A stretch of DNA of 63,854 nucleotides, the filler included, from Sphacelaria rigidula (taxonomy: Eukaryota), in NCBI GenBank assembly GCA_964200075.2. It is 9 parts of 9 records of this genome, joined end to end, with 100 filler letters (N's around TTAATTAATTAA, not from the genome) between each part and the next. Parts side by side here need not be neighbours in the genome. Positions count along the whole stretch, not along the records: positions 49,745 to 56,749 come from CAXNAA020016991.1; positions 56,850 to 63,854 come from CAXNAA020016992.1; 7 more parts are not named here. One strand, given 5' to 3'. Below are positions 52,148 through 63,854 of this stretch, piece by piece. The notes under the pieces were generated by a model. That model saw nothing but the letters and a program-made list of their open reading frames with translations. It did no database searches and was not told the origin of the DNA. A program made the translations under genes and the position numbers. Position 1 is the stretch's first letter; the number at the start of each line of letters is the position of its first letter.

Positions 52148-52495
52148 CTGAGGCCCTGGACTATCGTGTGGAGCGTCCCAGGCACCCGCTGCCGTAATCG
52201 TAGGTCCTCTGTATAAACGACCCTCTTGCTCCCGACTAGCGGCGGGAATCGTAACCCCTTCGTTGCCACCACATTTGTTGGACGAGAGTGGTGCGGGGTG
52301 ACTATTAATAGCTGCGGTGTCACTCTGTTTCTTGAAGCTGAAGAGAGACACAGTTGCTTTCAAGGTCTCGGTGGCGGCAGCTCGGTGCAAGAGTTGAAGG
52401 GTACGCTTGCTGCTTAGTGAAGTCTTTCGTCGCGCTCTAGGATCATTGTTGCGTGGTGATTGGAGTATGCTGGCGGACGTTGTTGATGGCTCCAT
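52148..52495 (-). CDS. SHIPPO/PG-rich repeat protein, probable exon 1
   Basis: MEPSTTS...HDSPGPQ|gtgact; splicing to 50596 gives SPGPQAY, a PGPxxY repeat. Start codon uncertain. Confidence 0.7.
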
Positions 52496-53149
52496 GCCGT
52501 TGCCCTCTCTTGGCCGTACTGAACAGGGTATGCGGTATCGTAGTTGTATTTCGTCCGGCTGGGTGGTGGCTTTAGCATACCGCAATGGCCATGAACCTTA
52601 TATGTTTCAGCCAGAAGCGAGAGATCAATGGGTCCTCTACCTATGACGCGTAGCCGGTGTCGATGGAATGTATTGTTTTATGAAGGTCGATCGCAGTCAC
52701 AGCGGTTGATTTTTCTCGGATCGCAGACTACCGAAGAGATACCCACGATAATTGATTTGTCGAACCGATCTCAATTTTCCCGCATTGTGGTCGAACCGAA
52801 ACCAAGGGGGAAACAGACATATCTCATCAATTCCACGAACGGCGAGGCAGACAGCATTTCGTAACCTATTTCGCGAAGTAAACCCTCCATTTGTTTTCGT
52901 CCGGCATGCGTAGAAGCGCTATAATAGAGGATACCCGGGGTAACTTGAGAGTTCACAAAGAGTGCAAAGTGTTTTGGAAAATGACGAAAATCAATATGGA
53001 AAAAGACCACCCGACACTGGTTTGGAACTAGCTCAAGGAGGGAGAACGCGTTTGTGTGACGAATCAATAACTTTGCTACCTCAGTATGGACACCGACAGA
53101 CGACTACTCTAGTCTCCTCTCCGCCAAGAGGCTCTTTTTAGCGATTGCT

Positions 53150-53375
53150 ATGTCGACGTCTGTTGTTGAATCCTTAGTGAATTTGCATCAGCATGCGGCG
53201 CAGCCTGATGTCGTGCTGTCCCAGGAGAGGGACTCGTACTATGCTGACACCTTGATAGGCGAGAGTGCCGCAGAGTTGTCGGAGGCCCTGCTGGGTTCGA
53301 GGCGCGCGACGGTACTTGCCCCGGAGCTAAAGGCCTTTGCATCTTGTCTCTACTTTGGACTGACTAATTTTGTTG
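53150..53375 (+). CDS. PEX10: Peroxin-10 exon 1
   Basis: AAQPDVVLSQERDSYY...LYFGLT matches the PEX10 N-terminus; G|gtgaga donor. Confidence 0.92.
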
Positions 53376-53826
53376 GTGAGATCCGAGGATAGGCAGCGTG
53401 ATTCGTTGTGATAGCAGCTGCCATAGACAACGTTGAAGGTGGAGCAGGCAACACGTTACAGTAGTACAATGAGCATGTAGTACTGTTGAACCGGTTGCAC
53501 CGTAGGCTAGACTGTTCATGCGCCATTCTACACCCCAGTAGTTTGGCGTATTTTCGATGCATGTCCCTTGATATACAGCTTACAGGTTGTGCAGCGCAGC
53601 GCAGCATGACATTGCAGCACTACGGCTCAGTCAGTATGGCGTCGGTATTGCGGCACCGTATCGTATCTCGTGATCGTACTGTGAAGGCACCAAACCGGAC
53701 CAACTAGGGAAACGCCGGATTTGAGACCCCAGTCTGTACTCTTGCACAGCACCTGTATCGTACCTGTGTCACTTCCCAGTCTGATTGATTGATCATGTCT
53801 TTTTTCTTGCCCTGTGCTGTACGCAG

Positions 53827-53987
53827 GTAAGCAGACACTCGGACAGGAGTATTGCGATATCGCCTTGGCGACAGGCGGCGGTAGCAGCAGCCTGGAGGGA
53901 GGCGAGTACTCTGATGTCGGCCGCCCGCTTTCTAGTAGAAAACTGCGTCTGTACACCTTGATTCGCGTGGGTGTTCCGTATCTTCAG
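53827..53987 (+). CDS. PEX10: Peroxin-10 exon 2
   Basis: GKQTLGQEYCDI, a variant of the PEX10 TLGEEY motif; ends VPYLQ|gtgggt. Confidence 0.93.
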
Positions 53988-54690
53988 GTGGGTGCAGATT
54001 TTGGCAAAGGCCAATACACATCACAGTGTCGGAAGTTATGATCGGTCGAAGATGCACGTCTACGTTTCACGTTGGCGGTAAAATATGCAAGATGCTAAAG
54101 AGTGCTGCGGCACCTTTGTGGTGTCGTTGAACGTGTGGCCTTGGAGGTATTGGTCCGTTTTTATCAAGTGGTGGATTTTATCCAACGCCAACTTATGGTG
54201 GCGGCTGCATTTCATGTACGAATGGTCCTACCATCAAGAACTTTCAACGTTTGTCACTTGAGTGACACAAGGCAATCGACTCGCATGATACCTTCAATCG
54301 AGATTGATCTTTTCGTATTCGACAGCGTGAACGAGTTCGAATGGGTGATACAACTCCCCGACTGTCACCCAGCAATTCTTGACATGCTGGTACTACAGAG
54401 CCTTAGGTAAGCCTACATTGATTTGCAGACACGGACGCACGCACGCAGGTGTCCCGCACAAAATGTTTATCTGGAGCCCTCATCTCCATTTCACGCGCAC
54501 CCACATAGCAAACACTATTGCTTCATTGATAACATGTTTATTGCTGCTATCAACACCAGCCCCTACTCCTCTATTCACACCCGCAACTATTCGAACTTTG
54601 ACCCTACAGATCGCACAGTCTCTCGTCGAAGTCCAAACCACCCCTCACCGCGTGATTCCACGAACAAATTGAACCCCTGAACATTCATAG

Positions 54691-55488
54691 GAGCGAATGC
54701 GAGAAGGCTGGCATGGATTGAGCGCCTTGCGCGATCAATATGGACGCGGCGGACGTGGCGCGGCCGCCGCCACGCTCGCGGCCGCTCGCGCCCGTACCCG
54801 CGCCCGCGCGGCCGCACTTGCCCCGCCGGTAGGCATCGGTCTTATAGCTTCCTCGTCTGAAGGTGGTGAGCAGAGTGCCCCAGCAGCCGTGCTAAGCGAC
54901 TCTGGGGATCCAGTAGAGGCAAGCGGGGTCACGAATGATGTACGCGCAGATGGGCGAGAGGGAGGTGAATCAGGGGAGTCCCAAGTTTCAGTGCTGACTG
55001 CGGAGCGATCGGATACAGTAGTAGGGGTGCGGCAACAGTCGAACCTCCGGGCGGGGAGCGGCGGTGTTATTCACACCACGACAGTGAGGGGATTGTCGTC
55101 ATCGCCGCCGTTCATGACCAAGTGGGCTTCCGCATTTTTACGTTGTCTCGGGCGTGTGTTGGCGTGGGCGCGGCGAAAACGGCCCGAGTTTTCCGGGGTG
55201 TTCGACTGGCTGTTGCGACTGCATCTCGCGGTGTTTTATTTCGACGGTCGATATCCCAGTGTCGCCATGCGAACCGTAGAGGCCAGGCTCATGTATACCC
55301 GGCAGCAGGACGAACCGCGAGCGAGATACGCGATCCTTGGATTGCTGTCGCTGGTGCAGGCGCTTGGGGAGGCGGCGGTAGCTGCGGGGGCGCGGCTTTC
55401 GAGGAATAGTATTACGGCGCGGGTGGCGGGTGGCGGGGTTTCTGGAGGGGGGAGTGGCGGTAGTGGCGGTGCTGGGGACGTCGACTTG
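54691..55488 (+). CDS. PEX10: Peroxin-10 exon 3
   Basis: LLRLHLAVFYFDGRYPSVAMR...RYAILGLL; 798 nt, phase 0, catag/gtacgt. Confidence 0.9.
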
Positions 55489-56235
55489 GTACGTGTTCGT
55501 TTTCTCATATATTTACTCATTTCTCCCATCCCTTCAGCGAGTGTGTTCGCCCTTCTGTCTACCTTGGGTACGTCTATATTAAGATTCCCGGACTGGATTC
55601 ATACCGGTTCAGTTACAATAGTATGCGAAATCAACCAACACAACCTGCGTCAAAATCATTCTTCCACGCGAGCGTGGTATTGTTGTGTCTCGGCACTGGT
55701 GAGATCAGTGTGATCAACTTGCCGTGTGATTAACTCTTCACCCCCCCTTTCCAGAGTAAGGGAGAAGCGAAACAAATCAGGGTTCAGATCACAGTCTCGC
55801 TAGGGAAGGGTTGGTGAAGTCACATGAGTGTTTTGTGAGGGAAAGTAACGTGTATAATGCGTTGTGTACTCGTGTTTTCCAATTCTTCATGTTTTCTTGT
55901 GGACTACGACATGGGTGGCAGCTTCTACTTTGAGATCTGCAATCGATTTTGTAACAGTCACAGCCGACAGCTTTCCAGAGGGACGAGAAGGAGGCTACTG
56001 AGCAACTTCAGCCCCTTCCCCCCCCTCCCTCAAAGGTTCTTGTGTTATATATGGAAGAGACGTAATGAGCGCCCAAATGTTGGAGGTCTCTGTTTGGAGT
56101 ATAAACTGCTCAGTCTCGAACGGGATGCGTGGTCAATGGTCAAGTGACCAAATCAAGCAGCAGATAAGAATGCCCCCCCCCCCCTCCCCCACCTCTCCTC
56201 CCGTTCCCGACCTTGAAAAATTGTGCTGTTGGCAG

Positions 56236-56478
56236 GCTTCCACACGAGTTCCATCGGTGACAGCGGATAGAACCCCTGCCGACGTAGCTCTATTCCCGCG
56301 TTCCAGGCGAAAGTGTTCGCTGTGCATGTCTCCCAGGCAACATATCGCAGCCACGCCTTGCGGGCATCTTTTCTGCTGGGAGTGCATCGTGGGCTGGTGT
56401 CAGACCAATCCTGAGTGCCCCTTATGCCGACAGCCTGCCGCTCCTCAGTCCATTGTGTGTGTGTATCAGTACGCGTGA
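56236..56478 (+). CDS. PEX10: Peroxin-10 exon 4, C3HC4 RING finger
   Basis: [40 protein letters not shown], then stop. Confidence 0.96.
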   Translation, partial: ASTRVPSVTADRTPADVALFPRSRRKCSLCMSPRQHIAATPCGHLFCWECIVGWCQTNPECPLCRQPAAPQSIVCVYQYA

Positions 56479-56849
56479 TTTTTGTTGTTTGACGTCATGA
56501 ATGATGCTAATTTGGCGAGGAGAGTCTTCGATCCAATTCTGAGTCTCTCGTGTACGGGCGAGGCTTTGTCTTGTAGCATGCATCGTCAGTTTTGCTGCGT
56601 TGGGTTTGTGTTCCGACATTTACCCTTGAACGCCCAGTCGCGAGACGGCCGCCGTTTTTCCAAGGGGGGCGGGGTTGGGTGGTTGGGTGGTTGTCTCTGG
56701 TGCAAAGGAGAACGCCTACGTAGAAAAGAGGAGGGGGGGGGGGGTACTCNNNNNNNNNNNNNNNNNNNNNNNNNNNNNNNNNNNNNNNNNNNNTTAATTA
56801 ATTAANNNNNNNNNNNNNNNNNNNNNNNNNNNNNNNNNNNNNNNNNNNN

Positions 56850-57189
56850 CGAACTTATTCTGACCCTCTCATTAGACGGCCCATTATACGGCTAATACTT
56901 GGAGTTGGACCCTGAAATTTGGTATGGACAATGAGTTGGGCATAATAAAAAGAATAACTGGCGCTCACAAGTCAATTTTTTTTTCATGAGTTAAGGGCAA
57001 TAATCAGATTTCAGATATCGGTAAAATTCCCCCAACTCATGGGGGAAAAAAAAACTTGTGTGCGCCAGTAATTTTCTTTATTATGCCCTACTCATTATCC
57101 ATACCAAATTTCAGGGTCCGACTCCAAGTATTGGCCGTATAATGGGACTGCAAACTGCAGAATCGCTTCTCGGCTGACCCAGCTTGTAG
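56850..57189. mobile_element. Inverted second copy of the foldback-containing element at 20683-21221
   Basis: Same arms and both flanks in reverse complement. Confidence 0.85.
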
Positions 57190-57199
57190 AGACCAGAAT

Positions 57200-57455
57200 C
57201 TCACACGATTGGATCCTGAGGCAATTGACATGGGTAAAAGGCACCTCGGAGCCCGGAAAATGGGCGAAAGAGTTCGAGGAAACGTCTTGACGCGAAGGTT
57301 AACTTCAATCGGACCATTGCCACCGGCGAGAGGCGGCTGCGCCGAGAGCAGCCCATCAAAGAGCGGCTACCCCTGACTCAACAGCAGCAACAGCTCGCGA
57401 GGAATCCGAGATGCAAGTGGTCAAGTGGGTGCCCCGCTTTGTAGTCAATTAAGAA
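57200..57455 (+). mobile_element. 3' fragment of the RTE-like LINE family seen at 880-2730
   Basis: Shared cacacgattgg, gagttcgaggaaacgt, cagcaacagctcgcgagg, tgccccgcttt. Confidence 0.75.
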
Positions 57456-58758
57456 TGAGTGGGGGAGGCGAAGTCATCACGGAAAATAATTCACCTCTTT
57501 TTTCTCTAATAAACTGATGACTTTTTCCTCAGCTCATAGTCTTGTGGTATCAGTGGCAGTGCTTCTGTGCGTGTTCTACTTTGCCCTTAGGTTTTATCGC
57601 TTCAGTATGTTTTTATTACCCTTTTATCTACTTCTATTCCCATCCCTCTCTCTCTCTCAGTGCAATACGGTTGGAGTTGGATGCTTTGTTACTTGAGGGA
57701 CCATGGGTGAGAGCTCATGTCTAGAAAATATGGTCCGAAGTAGCTGCTCCGCAACCTGCTCTCATTTCCTTTTTTGTTTTGGTTTGTGCGGATGCGCACG
57801 TGCTCTTTGCGCACAGCCTTCTTCACCTCAAGGCATGCTGTACGGACCGGCGATTTCAGTTTCATTTCGATACATGTTCATTTGATTCACTTTTCATCTC
57901 GACCACCTTTTATCTCTCTTCTAGATCTTCGCATTTACTTTGGTTTTTCTACTTGGTTTGCTATTTCTTTGTCATGTTTTGCTCCCTTCGTTTTTTGTTT
58001 TTAATTTTTCTTGTTTAGGTTTTACTTCGTTCTCTACATTCATCTATTTTTTGCATCATAATAAACGTCAGCGAGCGTTTGTTTACCTTGGGTACGTCTA
58101 TCTTGTGGATAATGGCCGCGGCTGCGTCCCTCGGTGATCACTCAATATGCGACAATTTAATAACCACATCAAAATCTGTTTGCCCAATCTTTTTCTCTTC
58201 TCCACGTTTCGATCCCTTTCGCGAGCGTTTTCGTTTTGAATACGTTGGGTATGTCCATCTCATTTCCACGGCTGGATCCCTCGAACACCAGGGAATGTGC
58301 GACAGCCAATACATCAAATCAACCAAGCAATCACGGACATGGGTAACGTGGAGAACGCGGAGGCACCTGCTACACTACCGCAACAGACGAGGCTGCGTTG
58401 CCGCTACCAGCAGAATGGTGAGACCAGCAGTTCCCTGCTGGTGATGCATGTTTCTGCTCTTACAGTGTTGCTGCTGTGTTGGAAAAACAAAACGTAGAAT
58501 CTGATTGTGGCATCTGTTCCTGGACGACCGCAGCGGCCCTTGTGGGCAAAATAGAGAATCTGATCTTTACCTGGAGCTTGTTCGCCCGTGGCGATTACGA
58601 CGTGGCAGCAGGAGGCAGGGGGGCCATGCCGAGTGAACCGAACAACATAAAGGAGTCAAGGGGGCACAAAAGATCGTACAGGAGTAGTGTCTCTCCTACT
58701 GGTACGGCTATCACAGTGCAACCGGAAAGCTACTTCGTGTGATGAGAGGATACTGTAC

Positions 58759-58998
58759 CTGCGGCGAGTCCGTCAGTGATAGTGCAGGTGCTTCAGCTGG
58801 AGCGGGTGTAGATTCAAGTGCCATGACGTTGTCTTCGAATGCACTATCAAGGACGCTGAGGGTGCCCGTTGCATAGATCACCCCGCCCATGCCAGCACTG
58901 GCCCCCAGTCCAAGGACGTACGAATTCCTGAAGGTGCAGTCTCTGATGACTAAGAGCGAGCCAGGATCTTCCGCTGAGATGACTACGCCATTTACAGC
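58759..58998 (-). CDS. Exon of a pectin-lyase-fold / polymorphic-membrane-protein-like (adhesin-like) protein
   Basis: AVNGVVISAEDPGSLLVIRDCTFRNS...GGVIYATGTLSVLDSAFEDN (GGxI and FxxN repeats); cacag/gtacag, phase 0. Confidence 0.72.
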
Positions 58999-59248
58999 CT
59001 GTGGCATTGTGTATTGTGGTGCGATGAGAACGTTCGAGACGCCAGAGTCAATGGAACTGAGATACACTCCGGTAGCAGCACTCAACGCAGACAGATTCCG
59101 AGTGAGGTAGATAATTATGCTGAGGTGAGTGCATGATTCGCAATGATGTGTAATGGTGTGACTGAACCGTGAGTGAAACGGTCAAGGGAAAGTATTCAAG
59201 ATGGAAACATAGCGTATTCCCCACAATACCCAGCTGTGATTATCGTAC

Positions 59249-59373
59249 CTCATCATGTATTCCAGTAGAGGAGAAGGAATCGAACGTGGTGTTGCTGAGG
59301 TACACCTCAATCAAGCCCGAAACGAGAAAATGAGAATTCCCAGCTTCGTCCTTCACTGTGTGCCCCTGGCCAT
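59249..59373 (-). CDS. Upstream exon of the same adhesin-like gene
   Basis: (D)GQGHTVKDEAGNSHFLVSGLIEVYLSNTTFDSFSSTGIHDE; ttag/gtacga; phase fits 58998. Confidence 0.65.
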
Positions 59374-60644
59374 CTAACTCCAGCGTACTCGGCCTGCCCA
59401 CGCCATCGTGAAATCATCGAGAGTCGGTGTGCGGCAGAGTTGACGAAAGAGTAATGTGTGCTTGTACATGCAACCTAAGACGTACATCACACGTGAAAAA
59501 CGACCGAGGGTAGCGATGGCTCGGCATGGGGCTGTTATAAAACGCGACCACACAAAGCGTCTTGCGCTGAGCAGTTGCTGGGGGCACTGCAGGAAAACTA
59601 CGTAGTGTCCGTGCAGCAACCTTATCCCGACAGGGCTGGACCCCTCGAAACTCGGTTCATGCGCAACGATTTATCACATCAGAAGGTGTTGGCGGGCAGG
59701 GGAAGTAACTCAATGATTGGCCTCAGAGTTATAAGCTACCCCCTGCACAAGCCCGCTGTAGGCACCTGAAATCTGAGAACAGCAAAGGCACCTGACACAA
59801 GGGAAATAGTGGCAGTTACTCGGTCGCGCACGTAGAGGCTAGGCAGTGGCACAGCGGAATGACGAGTATGCCAGTTTCATAGCGCTACGGGATGAGTACT
59901 TCACAACGCGTTCGTTTCAGGAATAGACGGGACTTCGGTGAAAATGGCGGACCAGGACATCGCGACAACTATGGCCGGAACGTCCAGGAAAAAACATAGT
60001 GACTCGTTGGTCGGTGGGACAACTCGCCGGGGCGACAAATGGAGAAGGAGACAGGAGAGAGAGCGAATTCGGCCTATACATGCGGTAATGAACTATTCGG
60101 TAAACTACAGTACGTCAAACTTTGTTTTGCGTACCGGGGTCAAAATTCGTTGATGATGGTTGCAAAAATTCTTCACTTGTGCGATATTGTTTCATCTTAG
60201 TCTGGTATATCGTTCTGTTCGACCCCCCTTTGTTTATGTTCTTTCTTTTTTCTCAGAGCATGTTCCAGTTCCGTTTTTGTTGGGTACGTCTATCATGAGA
60301 CCACGGCTGGACCCCTGGGGGGCAGTTAAAGTGCGACAATCAGTCAATCAATTGTTTAGAGAACGGGAAACGCATCTAGAAACCCCACGTCTACCGATCC
60401 CTTGCCGATTACACAAATCGAACTAGACCTATCCGAAACATCGTGACATCAACCAGCTGGGTGATAAGGTGAACGGAGATACGCGACGACAGCAATACAC
60501 AGCAATGGCAGTGTCTGCCAATCGTCCGTATTCCACCCACCCACGGCTGGCAGCAGCGTGATCATGATCGAGGAAACAAGTCGCCAGCAACTACTGTACA
60601 CACACTGGTGCAAACGCAGATTCTGCCGGTCCATCTGTCCGACA

Positions 60645-60690
60645 TACTGTACTGTACTGTACTGTACTGTACTGTACTGTACTGTACTGT
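60645..60690 (+). repeat. (TACTG)n microsatellite
   Basis: Direct reading. Confidence 0.95.
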
Positions 60691-61554
60691 TGCGCTGTAC
60701 CCTTGTTCTTAGCTGTCATCCAAGACAAGTCATTGCTGCCATGCTATCGGCCTTGGACTCGCGTGTGTCGGTGACAGATTTCAATACAGATGGGCGTATT
60801 CTCTTGTGAAGTGCGATGCTGTGATGTGTTTCGCTGTGCTCTATTGCCACTATATATCAGGGGTCATCATAACGAATAAGGCCAACCCCACCCCGCACCA
60901 GCCTCGCTGCCCCCACCGAGTTCGGACAACATTACCCACACTATAGTGACGTAACCAACGCCCCGGTATTGCACTTGATTGATGACATGGCGATGGAGTG
61001 CGTGTCATAGCCGCTATTGAGCTACTGGTATTATTGGGGCATTGAGAAAATCCTCAAGGTGTTGAGGCCGTACCGAACTTGGGTTTGAAGCCTCAGCTGT
61101 GCTGGGTTTGCCTCGTTCATGCCTGTACGACGAGCAAAATTCAATGCTGTAAACATGGAAGTGTTGTCTTCCTGTTGGTTTTATGCTTTATTTGCACGAT
61201 TTTGTTCAGGTCGGTATTATTTTCTCAAGCGAAGAATCTCATATGGCGAGCAATGGTGAACGCGGCCATTTTCTGTGCTCAAACTTTGGTCACACGTTGC
61301 CGGCTGCTCCAAATACGGAAGGAAACATCTGAATCGAAGACATTTGAAGGAAGGATCAGAGCCGACGATGCACAACGCCAATTTGTGTCAGCGTATCCCC
61401 CCTTTGATCTAAGCGCTCGTTCATTTTTGCGCCAGGAGACGGGTATGTATGCGTGTTGTGTGCCCAGAGGCCTTTCATTCAGTAAATTCGAATATCATAG
61501 GGAAAGCCGACCGTGTCTCGTCTTTAGAGTGATCCTACGATGGGGGGGGGGGGG

Positions 61555-63160
61555 GACTCATTTGTTGCTTACCTTAGTGATTTGACCATTTGACCACGCA
61601 TTCTTTTCGAGACGGAGCACCGTCCCTACTCCTGAAAGAGACACCTCGAACATTTAGGTTTTCATTACGTTTCTTCCATACATGACTCAAACCATTTTAC
61701 ATATCTTATCCCTGTCCTGTTTCGCCGTCTGTGGCCACCATCTATCTCCTGGTATAGCCATCGTTTTCTCGCTACTGCCTATTGCGTCAAACGATTTCAT
61801 GCCACCTTCGTTCACGTCCCGCATTTTCTCAGCACGTCCCGTTCCTCCTTGTATTATTCACATTCTGCCACTATATGACTTCTGCTCTCTATTGCTTTGC
61901 CACAGGGATAATTCTGTGCATCTACTTTCTCCCCTTCCCGACGGTCAGCAAATCTCTTTCTCCTCTCTGACAGGTCCAGGTCCCCCACCCGGAACTGCAG
62001 TTGCAATTTTTTCGCCGCGTCCATTGGGCCATGCAAATATGCTTTCATTCCTATATCCTCTCTCGACTCCCCGCATATCTTCAGGTGTTCATCCTCGTCT
62101 ACTTTGCATCCGAGCGCTCCATTTTCCATTATTTTCATCATGTCTCTTACTTTTGCCTTGTACCCCCCGCGTTCATCTATGGATAGTATTTCGTCTCCTA
62201 TCTCCCTCCATACTTTCTCGACTTCTTTATCCCACCTTACTCCAGCCCGTCCTTTCGTAATTTTCTTCCAAACGCCTTGTCAACTTTAGCTTGCAATCTC
62301 TTTCTCTGCATCGTCTTTAAGCTATATTGCCTTCGTACTTTTCTCATGTCTCTGTTAGTTTTAAGTGAGTACATTCCCAACTCTGCTCTCAAATATGTAT
62401 TACTCGTCGTTTTCGAGCATCCAAGTGTTTTGTTAGCTGCTGCCATCGACACTGTTTCCAACTTCTTCACGAGCTTCACGTTCCCCTCCCATACTTCTCC
62501 TGCATATTCCAGCTTTGGTACAATGACGTTCATCACGATACATACCTTAATTCCAGTGTCTAGGTGTGAATCTCTGAGGATCACGTCCATCCTTTCTATT
62601 TATACCTTACCCTTTTTTAATATTTTGTTTATGTGTGCATCCCAATAACAGTTCTTTGAGATCTCTACGCCAAAGCATGTATACTGATCTACGCTCGGCA
62701 TTTCCTCTTCTCCCCACATCCATGAAAACTCTACCGGATTTTTCTCATCTTCATTACAGACGAGTACCGCACATTTGTTAACATTCGCTGTCACTCTTCA
62801 TTTCCTAGTGTATTCTAGCGCCTTCTCTATCTGTTTCTGTAATCCTTCTGCCGTTCCTGAAGCCCCCACAAAATCATCCGCGAATATCAATCTTGATACC
62901 ATATTTTTTTCTACCATGACCCCTTGCATTGCTGCTTCTATTGCTAGTATCAGATGAATAATAAATACCTTGAACGAAGTGGGTGATAACGTACATCCTT
63001 GCGAAATTCCTTGCAAAATATCAAAATATTTCGATATTTCCCCGCCTAGCACCACATCATTTTTGGCATATTCTGTCATCTTCACCATTCTCCACGGATT
63101 TCCTCTGATCTCAGCTTCCACACCTTTTCCACAATTCATTTCTTCATACTGCGTCATGAG
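61555..63160 (-). mobile_element. Degenerate 5'-truncated LINE reverse transcriptase (second family)
   Basis: GISQGCTLSPTSFKVFI, LIFADDFV, NVNKCAV, PKLEYAGEVW, LRAELG; several stops and frameshifts. Confidence 0.92.
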
Positions 63161-63854
63161 CCTTTTGCACGTCCAGAAGGAAATAGTACGTTGTCAGCCC
63201 GATGTCTTTCATACCCTGGATAATCTTGGGTGTGTCACACGTCCCAAAACACTCGCGTTACGCTTGTATTCGGGTAAAAACGCTGCCACGCAAAATGAGT
63301 GAGTGTTTTGTATCGGTAACAACCGCGTTCGAATAACTGTTGCTTCTTTCGTGAGAGAAGTGGCCCCAAGTCCCCCCCCCCCCTACCGTAGGATGGCTAT
63401 TGAATTCTCGTGCGGGTTGAGTGCGCCTGCTTCAGCTCTCGCTGATTTGGATAGTAGATATCGCCAGGAGACGCCGTACCACTTCAACAATAGAACGACA
63501 TTCGGAATGAATACGTAATACAATATGAGCCAGGCGTCCATTCAATGCGCAGTTGTTCAGAATAATGAATGCGATCACGCAATCGAGGCGCTAACCGGAA
63601 TAAACGTGGATCGATTTCTTCCACAGCGTAGAACAGCTAGGCCACAAAGGTTCAGCATTGCACGTGTGCGTTGGTAACGAGCCTTGCCGTTCCCGCACCT
63701 GTTATGAGTGGGAAATATGTGCATTTTGTTTGGTCAACTTTTCATGGTTTAGAATCGTTTCAAAGCAATGTAGAAAAATCTGCTTATTACAAACGTTTTT
63801 ATTATTATTATTATTTCCGCACATTAGTCCGATCTCGCGAACCCATGGTCACAG

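Overview
Eukaryotic, intron-rich and repeat-rich DNA, most consistent with a brown alga (Phaeophyceae). The taxon is inferred from gene style and is not proven. The window is not one locus. It is nine contigs of 7007-7005 bp, sorted by decreasing length and joined by 100-nt N spacers carrying the six-frame stop linker TTAATTAATTAA, so adjacency across spacers means nothing. Recognisable spliced host genes are PNKP (5 exons), a Rab11 first exon head-to-head with a probable DNA polymerase epsilon first exon, a DYRK kinase exon, the 3' half of RuvB-like 2 (6 exons), a complete PEX10 (4 exons) head-to-head with a SHIPPO/PGP-repeat gene, a rolling stone-like membrane protein exon and a beta-helix adhesin-like gene. 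Most of the rest is mobile DNA: two decayed LINE reverse transcriptases, a Ty3/gypsy remnant, tRNA-derived SINEs, piggyBac- and Tc1/mariner-type MITEs and foldbacks. The most unusual items are a decayed XPG/FEN-type nuclease with a Cys-rich tail resembling Academ(X) transposons (15069-16930), a 2.4-kb foldback with ~830-bp arms and a nested MITE, and a 90-bp spacerless palindrome.
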